The notes beneath the pieces are model-generated. The model saw only the letters and a list, made by a program, of their open reading frames with translations. It ran no database searches and was not told the origin of the DNA. Positions 58,396-64,000 of a DNA stretch of 64,000 nt are shown here, one piece after another (position 1 is the first letter of the stretch; every line of letters begins with the position of its first letter). This DNA is from Camelus dromedarius (lineage: Eukaryota): NCBI RefSeq assembly GCF_036321535.1, contig NC_087437.1:112842001-112906000 (forward strand), in the 5' to 3' direction. A program made the position numbers and the translations under genes.

Positions 58396-59880
58396 CTTTT
58401 CAGATTGACTTCTTTTACTTAGTAATATGTACTTACATTTCCTCCATGTCTTGCTATGGCTTGATAGCTTATTTCTTTTTATTACTGAATAATATATCTC
58501 TGTTTGGATGTACAATAGTTTTGTCAACCTACTATAACTTAGAAGGCAATAACCAAGCAAAAATAGTTCATTTGGGATCAAAGATTGCAGTTTGGGGCAC
58601 AGTGATTTAGGTAGCAACCCAAACAGTTTCCCGCTAGGGAGCAAAAGTCAGGGACATTTAAAGGCAATGATGAGAGGTTTGCATTACAAAGAATTTTAAT
58701 TGGAGTTGGAGGCAGAAGCTAGTCTTAGCTAAACATGATTGATTGCTAAGGCTATCACTAGAGGGAAGAAAAAGTTAATTACTGTGACAAGTTGCAGGTG
58801 TTCTTTCAGAGTCCTTGGAGTATTTATGATTTGGCCCAGTTCAAAAGTTCATGGTTCCACCACTGGAGGATGTGTGTAAGTTTGACCTCCTTAATGGCTT
58901 CTTGGCTCCCTTGACATAAGCGACTCCATTTTGTTTCACATTTTATAGTTCCTTTATTCATTCACCTGTTGAAGGACATCTTGGTTTCCCCAAGTTTTGG
59001 CAATTATGAACAAAGCTGCTATAAACATCCATGTGAAGTTTTTTGTGTGGATGTAAGTTATCACCTCTCTGGGTAAGTACCAAGGAGCATGATTGCTGGA
59101 TTATATGGTAAGAATATATTTAGTTTTGTAAGAAATCACCAGACTGTCTTCCGAAGTGGCTGTATCATTTTATATTCCCACCAGTAATGAATGGTAGTTT
59201 CTATCATTCCCCATCCTCACCAGCATTTGGTGTTGTTGGAGTTCTGGATTTTGACCATTCTAATATACGTGTTGTGATATCTTACTATTGTTTTAATTAG
59301 CGTTTTCCTGACAACCTGTGATGTGGAGCGTGTTTTCATATGCTTATTTGCCATGTGTTTATCTTCTTTGGTAAGATGTCTATTAAGGCCTTTAGCCCAT
59401 TTTTCTGTCAGGTTGTTCTTTTTTTCATAGATTGTATTTGTTGTACTTAAAGAGGCTACATTCTATTTCAATTATATGACATTATGGAAAAGGTAAAATT
59501 ATGGAGACAGTAAAAAGATCAATGACTGCCAGGGGTTAGGGAGGAGGGAAGGATGAACAGGCAGAGCATAAAGGGTTTTTAGGGAAGCGAAAATACTCTA
59601 TTACGATACTATAACAGTGGACACGTCATTATACATTTACCCCAAACCATACAATGTACACCAGGAGTGAACTCTAATGTTCACTATAGACTTTGAGTGA
59701 TAAAGTATCAATGTAGGTTCATTAATTGTAGCAAATATACTACTGTGGTGGGGGATGTTGCCAATGGTGGAGGCTGTGTATGTGTGGGGGCATAAGAGTA
59801 TATGGGGAAGTCTCTGTACATTCTGCTCAATTTTGCTGTAACCTAAAACTGCTCTAAAGAAATAAAGTCTTTAAAAAAAA
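58396..59880 (+). mobile_element. L1MB-type element with 5' inversion
   Basis: Antisense piece 58396-~59452 begins cttttcagattgacttc. Sense piece ~59452-59880 begins ggctaca and ends aataaagtctttaaaaaaaa. Confidence 0.85.
58522..58940 (-). mobile_element. ERV1-like solo LTR nested in L1
   Basis: The reverse complement starts tgtgaaacaaaatggagtcgcttatgtc and ends gttgaca (TG...CA). It interrupts contiguous L1 3' sequence. Confidence 0.7.
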
Positions 59881-59882
59881 TT

Positions 59883-62648
59883 TACCTGTGAAGTCATCTG
59901 GGCCTTTTTGTTGGGAGTTTTTGAAATGACTGATTCAATTTCATTACTGGTAACTGCTCTGTCCATATTTTCTACTCCTTCCTGGTTCAATCTGGGGCAG
60001 CTGCACAATTCTAGGAATCTGTCCATCTCTTCCAGGTTGTCTGTTTTACTGGCATATAGTTGCTCATAGTACTCTCTCACGGTCATTTGTATTTCTGTGG
60101 TGCCAGTTGTAATTTCTTCTTTTTCATTTCTGATTTGGGTCATCTCCCTTTTTTTTTCTTGTTGAGTCTGGCTAAAGGTTTATCAATCTTGTTTATCTTT
60201 TCAAAGAACCAGCTTTTAGTTCCATTGATCTTTTCTATTCATTTTTTTTTTTTTGGTCTCTCTTTCATTTATTTCTGTTCTCATCTTTATGATTTCTTTC
60301 CTTGTACTAACTTTGGATTTTGTTTGTTCTTTTTCTAGTTGCTTTAGGTATAAGGTTAGGTTGTTTATTTGAGATACTTATTGTTTCCTGTGGTACACTT
60401 GTATTGCTATAAACTTTCCTCTTAGAACTGTTTTTTCTGCATCATATAGGTTTTTGGATTGTTGTGTTTTCATTTTCATCTGTCCCTAGGTACTTTTTGA
60501 ATTCCTCTTTGATTTATTCAGTGACCCATTAGTTGTTTAATAGCATATTATTTAGCCTTCATGGGCTTGTGGTTTTTGAAACTTTTTTTCCTGTATTTGA
60601 TTTCTAATCTCATAGCACTGTGGTCAGAAAAGATGCTTGGCATGATTTCAGTTTTCTTAAGTTTACCAAGGCTTGCTTTGTCGCCCAGCACATGGTCTAT
60701 CCTAGAGAATGTTCCATGTGCACTTGAGAAGAGTGTGCTTCCTTCTGCTGCATTTGGGTAGAATGCTCTATAAATATCAATTATGTCCATCTGGTCTAGT
60801 GTGTTATTTATGGCCTGTATCTCCTTATTGATTTTCTGTCAGGATGATGTGTCCATTGATGTAAATGGGGTGTTAAGTTCTCCCACTGTTATTGTGTTAC
60901 TGTCAATTTCTCCTTTTATGTCTGTTAATAGTTGCCTTATATATTGAGGTTCTCCTATGTTAGGTGCACATATATTCACAGTTTTTATATCTTCTTCTTG
61001 GATTGATCCTTTGATCATTACGTAGTGTCCTTCTTTGTCTCTTGTAACAGTATTTATTTTAAATTCTATTTTATCTAACTATTACTACTTCAGCTTTCTT
61101 TTGGTTTCCATTTGCATGGAATACATTTTTTCATCCGCTCATTTTCAGTCTATATATGTCTCTAGATCTGAAGTGGATCTCTTGTAGACAGCAAATATAT
61201 GGGTCTCGTTTTTGTATCCACTCAGCAACTCTCTGTCCTTTGATTGGAGCATTTAATATTTAAATTAATTATTGATAGGCATGTACCTAATGCCATTTTG
61301 CAAAATGTTTTGGTATTGTTTTTGTAGGTCTTTCTTGTTTCTTCTTTTGCACTCTTCCTTGTGACTTATGATTATTTTTATTGTTATGTTTAGATTCCTT
61401 TCTCTTTGTGTGTGTTTATCTATTATAGATTTTTGGTCTGTAGTTACCATAAGTTTTATATACAGTAATATATAAAATTTTTAATGTATTTATATAAGAA
61501 TGCATGATTATCTTATGATGTCTTTTAAAAATTATGATCTCTCAAGTTCAAATGCATTTTAACAGCCCTGCATTCTACCACTTAAAGAAGCATTAATACC
61601 TATCCTTCTCAAACTATTCCAAAAAAATTGCAAAGAAAGGAATTTTTTGAACTCATTCTATGAGGCCACCATCACCCTGACACCAAAATCAGACAAATAC
61701 ATCACAAAATGAAAATTAGAAGCCAGTATTACTGATGAACATAGATGCAAAAATCCTCCACAAAATATTAGCAAACTGAATTCAACAATACATTAAAAGG
61801 ATCATACACAATGATCAAGTGGACTATACACAGGGATGCCAGGGTGGTTCAATGCCCACAAATCAATCAATGTGATATGCCACATTAACAATTTGAAGAA
61901 TATGTCGATCATCTCAATAGATGCAGAAAATGGTTTTGACATTGGTCTCAGTAATACTTTATTGGATGTGTCTCCTCAGGCAAGGGAAACAAAAGCAAAA
62001 ATAAACAAATGGGACTATATTAAATTAAGAAGCTTTTACATGGTGAAGGAAACTATCAATAAAATGAAAGGCTGCCTACTGAATGGGAAAAGGTATTTGC
62101 AAATGATGTGTCCAATAGGAGATTAATATCCGAAATACACAAATAACGCATACATAAAAAAAATTCAACATCAAAAAAAACAAATAACCCAACTGAAAAA
62201 TGGGCAGAGACTCTGAATAGACAGTTTTCCAAGGAAGACATAAAGGTGAGCAACAGGGACATGAAAAGATGCTTAACATTACTCATCAGCAGGGAAATGT
62301 AAATCAAAACCACAATGAGATATTTCCTTACAACTGATGATCAAAAAACAAGAAATAACAAGTGTTGGTGAGCATATGGAGAACAGGGAATCTTCAAGCA
62401 CTGTTGGTGGGAATGTAAATTGGTGCAGCCACTATGGAATACCCTATGGAGATCCCTCAAAAAATTAAAAATAGAACTATCATATGATCCAGCAATTCCA
62501 CTCTGGGTATTTACCCAAAGAAAACAAAAGCACTAATTTGAAAATATATATGCACCCCTATGTTCACTGCAGCATATTTACAATACCCAAGATATGGAAG
62601 CAACCTAAGTGCTCATCAGTAGATGAATGGATAAAGAACATATGGAAA

Positions 62649-62683
<35 letters not shown>

Positions 62684-63282
62684 GGAATATTACACGGCTA
62701 TGAAAAAGAATGAAATCTTGTCCTTTGTGACAACATAGATGGACCTAGAGCGTATTATGCTAAGTGAAATAAGTTAGACAGAAAAAGGGCAAATACTGCA
62801 TGATTTCACTTATATGTGAAACCTAAAAAACAAAGCAAATGAACAGACATAACAAAACAGAGTTATACAGAACAAACAGGTGATTGTCATGGGGTAGGGT
62901 AGGGGAGGAAAGAAATAGATGAAGGAGATTAAGAGGCATAAATTTCCAGCTGCAAAATAAATGGGTCATGGTTATAAAATGTACAGTGCAGAGAATATAG
63001 TCAATAATTACACAATATCTTTGTATGGTGACAGATTAGAACTAGACTTATCATGGTGATCATTTTGAAATATATCAAAATATCAAATCACTATGTTGTC
63101 TCATAGGAAATAACATAGTTTTGTAGGTCAATTATACTTCAAAAACAAAGAAACAAGTCAACTCATAGGAAGAAAGATCAGATTTGCAGTTACCAGAGGT
63201 GGATGCTAGGGGGATTTGAGTTGGATGAAGGTAGCCAAAAGATACAAACTTCCAGTTATAAGATAAATAAGTATTAAGGATG
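59883..63282 (+). mobile_element. L1 with large 5' inversion and internal deletion, inserted in the previous L1's poly-A tail
   Basis: Antisense ORF2 endonuclease region 59883-~61572 (FSSAHGTFSRIDHVLG). Sense ORF2 and 3'UTR ~61572-63282. Identical flanks taaaaaaaatt 59872-59882 / 63283-63293. Confidence 0.88.
62651..62680. repeat. (AC)15 microsatellite
   Basis: Perfect AC run inside the L1. Confidence 0.95.
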
Positions 63283-63689
63283 TAAAAAAAATTACAACTT
63301 TAACAACTTGAATATTATTTACAACAAATAACTATAGGTGACGCTCTGCATGTAATAGTCTTCTTCAGATATTAAAAATCTCAAGTGCTATGTTTAAGAG
63401 CCTTTGTATGGGTTCTGTTACTTATGACCAAGAGTGTCTTGAGGAAGACTCAGTTTCTCCCCCAACTCCATTTCATCATGTTTCTAATCTGTCTCAGTGT
63501 CATAGATCTCACAGCTGTATTTCTAAATTTCATTCTGCTCATGACAATCCTCCACTCACATATGGGTGGAGAAGACACCTGTTGGGATGCCTTTCTAGCC
63601 TCCTCTTTGCTGCATATTATTCCTCCCCAGTCATGAACCCCTAAATCTACCAGGTTCAGAGGTATCTTGGCTATCATAATGATAGGATT

Positions 63690-64000
63690 TGACCTTCTAT
63701 TTAGAGTTGACTGATTGGCCCAAAGTGACCACTAATCCAAGCGAGACTAAGAAGAGTTCCAGTTGAAAGAGAGCCTCAGACTATATCAAGGTGGCTAGAA
63801 GTATCATATGCAGACCAAAGAGCTGGGAATAGCCGTCATCTACTGTTGCAGACTGGAGAGCAGAGAAAAAGGGTCGTTTTAGAGAGGGAAGAATTGAGCT
63901 AATGGCCGAGAAACAGAAACAAAAGATGGAGAGCATCCGGGTTCTAGTCTGTTCCAGAAGCCCAGTCAGCTGCACATTGCCTTGGGTCTTGGGAGACATC
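63690..64000 (+). mobile_element. Old MaLR LTR fragment (MLT1K/L-like), runs off the window
   Basis: gactgattggcccaaagtgaccactaatccaagc...gagctgggaatagccgtcatct. Confidence 0.45.

Noticed and set aside
1..64000. Prokaryote-style novel system (operon, CRISPR array, defence island)
   Set aside because: The sequence is TE-rich mammalian DNA with no gene-dense ORFs and no repeat-spacer arrays.
1..64000. Known miRNA, snoRNA or snRNA genes
   Set aside because: I recognised no mature sequences by eye. An Rfam/miRBase search would be needed to exclude them formally.

Overview
This is mammalian genomic DNA, intergenic or deep intronic, and very probably from a camelid (camel/llama/alpaca). That inference rests on two tRNA-Ala-derived SINEs of the Vic-1 type, with no Alu, B1 or Bov-A/Bov-tA SINEs seen. 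I can support no intact protein-coding gene, RNA gene or CRISPR array. The ORFs with recognisable protein similarity are fragments of L1 ORF1/ORF2 or of a decayed Tigger2 transposase; the rest look like chance frames. Much of the window is transposable-element fossil: L1 of several ages, L2, MIR, MaLR/ERVL/ERV1 solo LTRs, and hAT and Tc-mariner DNA elements. Repeat-poor blocks in between carry dense transcription-factor motif clusters (candidate enhancers) and one candidate exon. The most notable features are retrotransposition mechanics visible in the sequence: (1) three twin-primed (5'-inverted) L1s, two of them nested; (2) a tail-less internal L1 fragment with a target-site duplication (TSD); (3) a probable L1 3' transduction; (4) a near-full-length Tigger2 inserted in the terminal repeat of a MER104, with its own MITE derivative nearby; (5) an old L1 that appears collapsed at a TSD-less SINE. 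I found no convincing previously undescribed biological system. Repeat subfamily names come from memory of consensus sequences, not a database search, and most boundaries are approximate unless a TSD or TIR is quoted.
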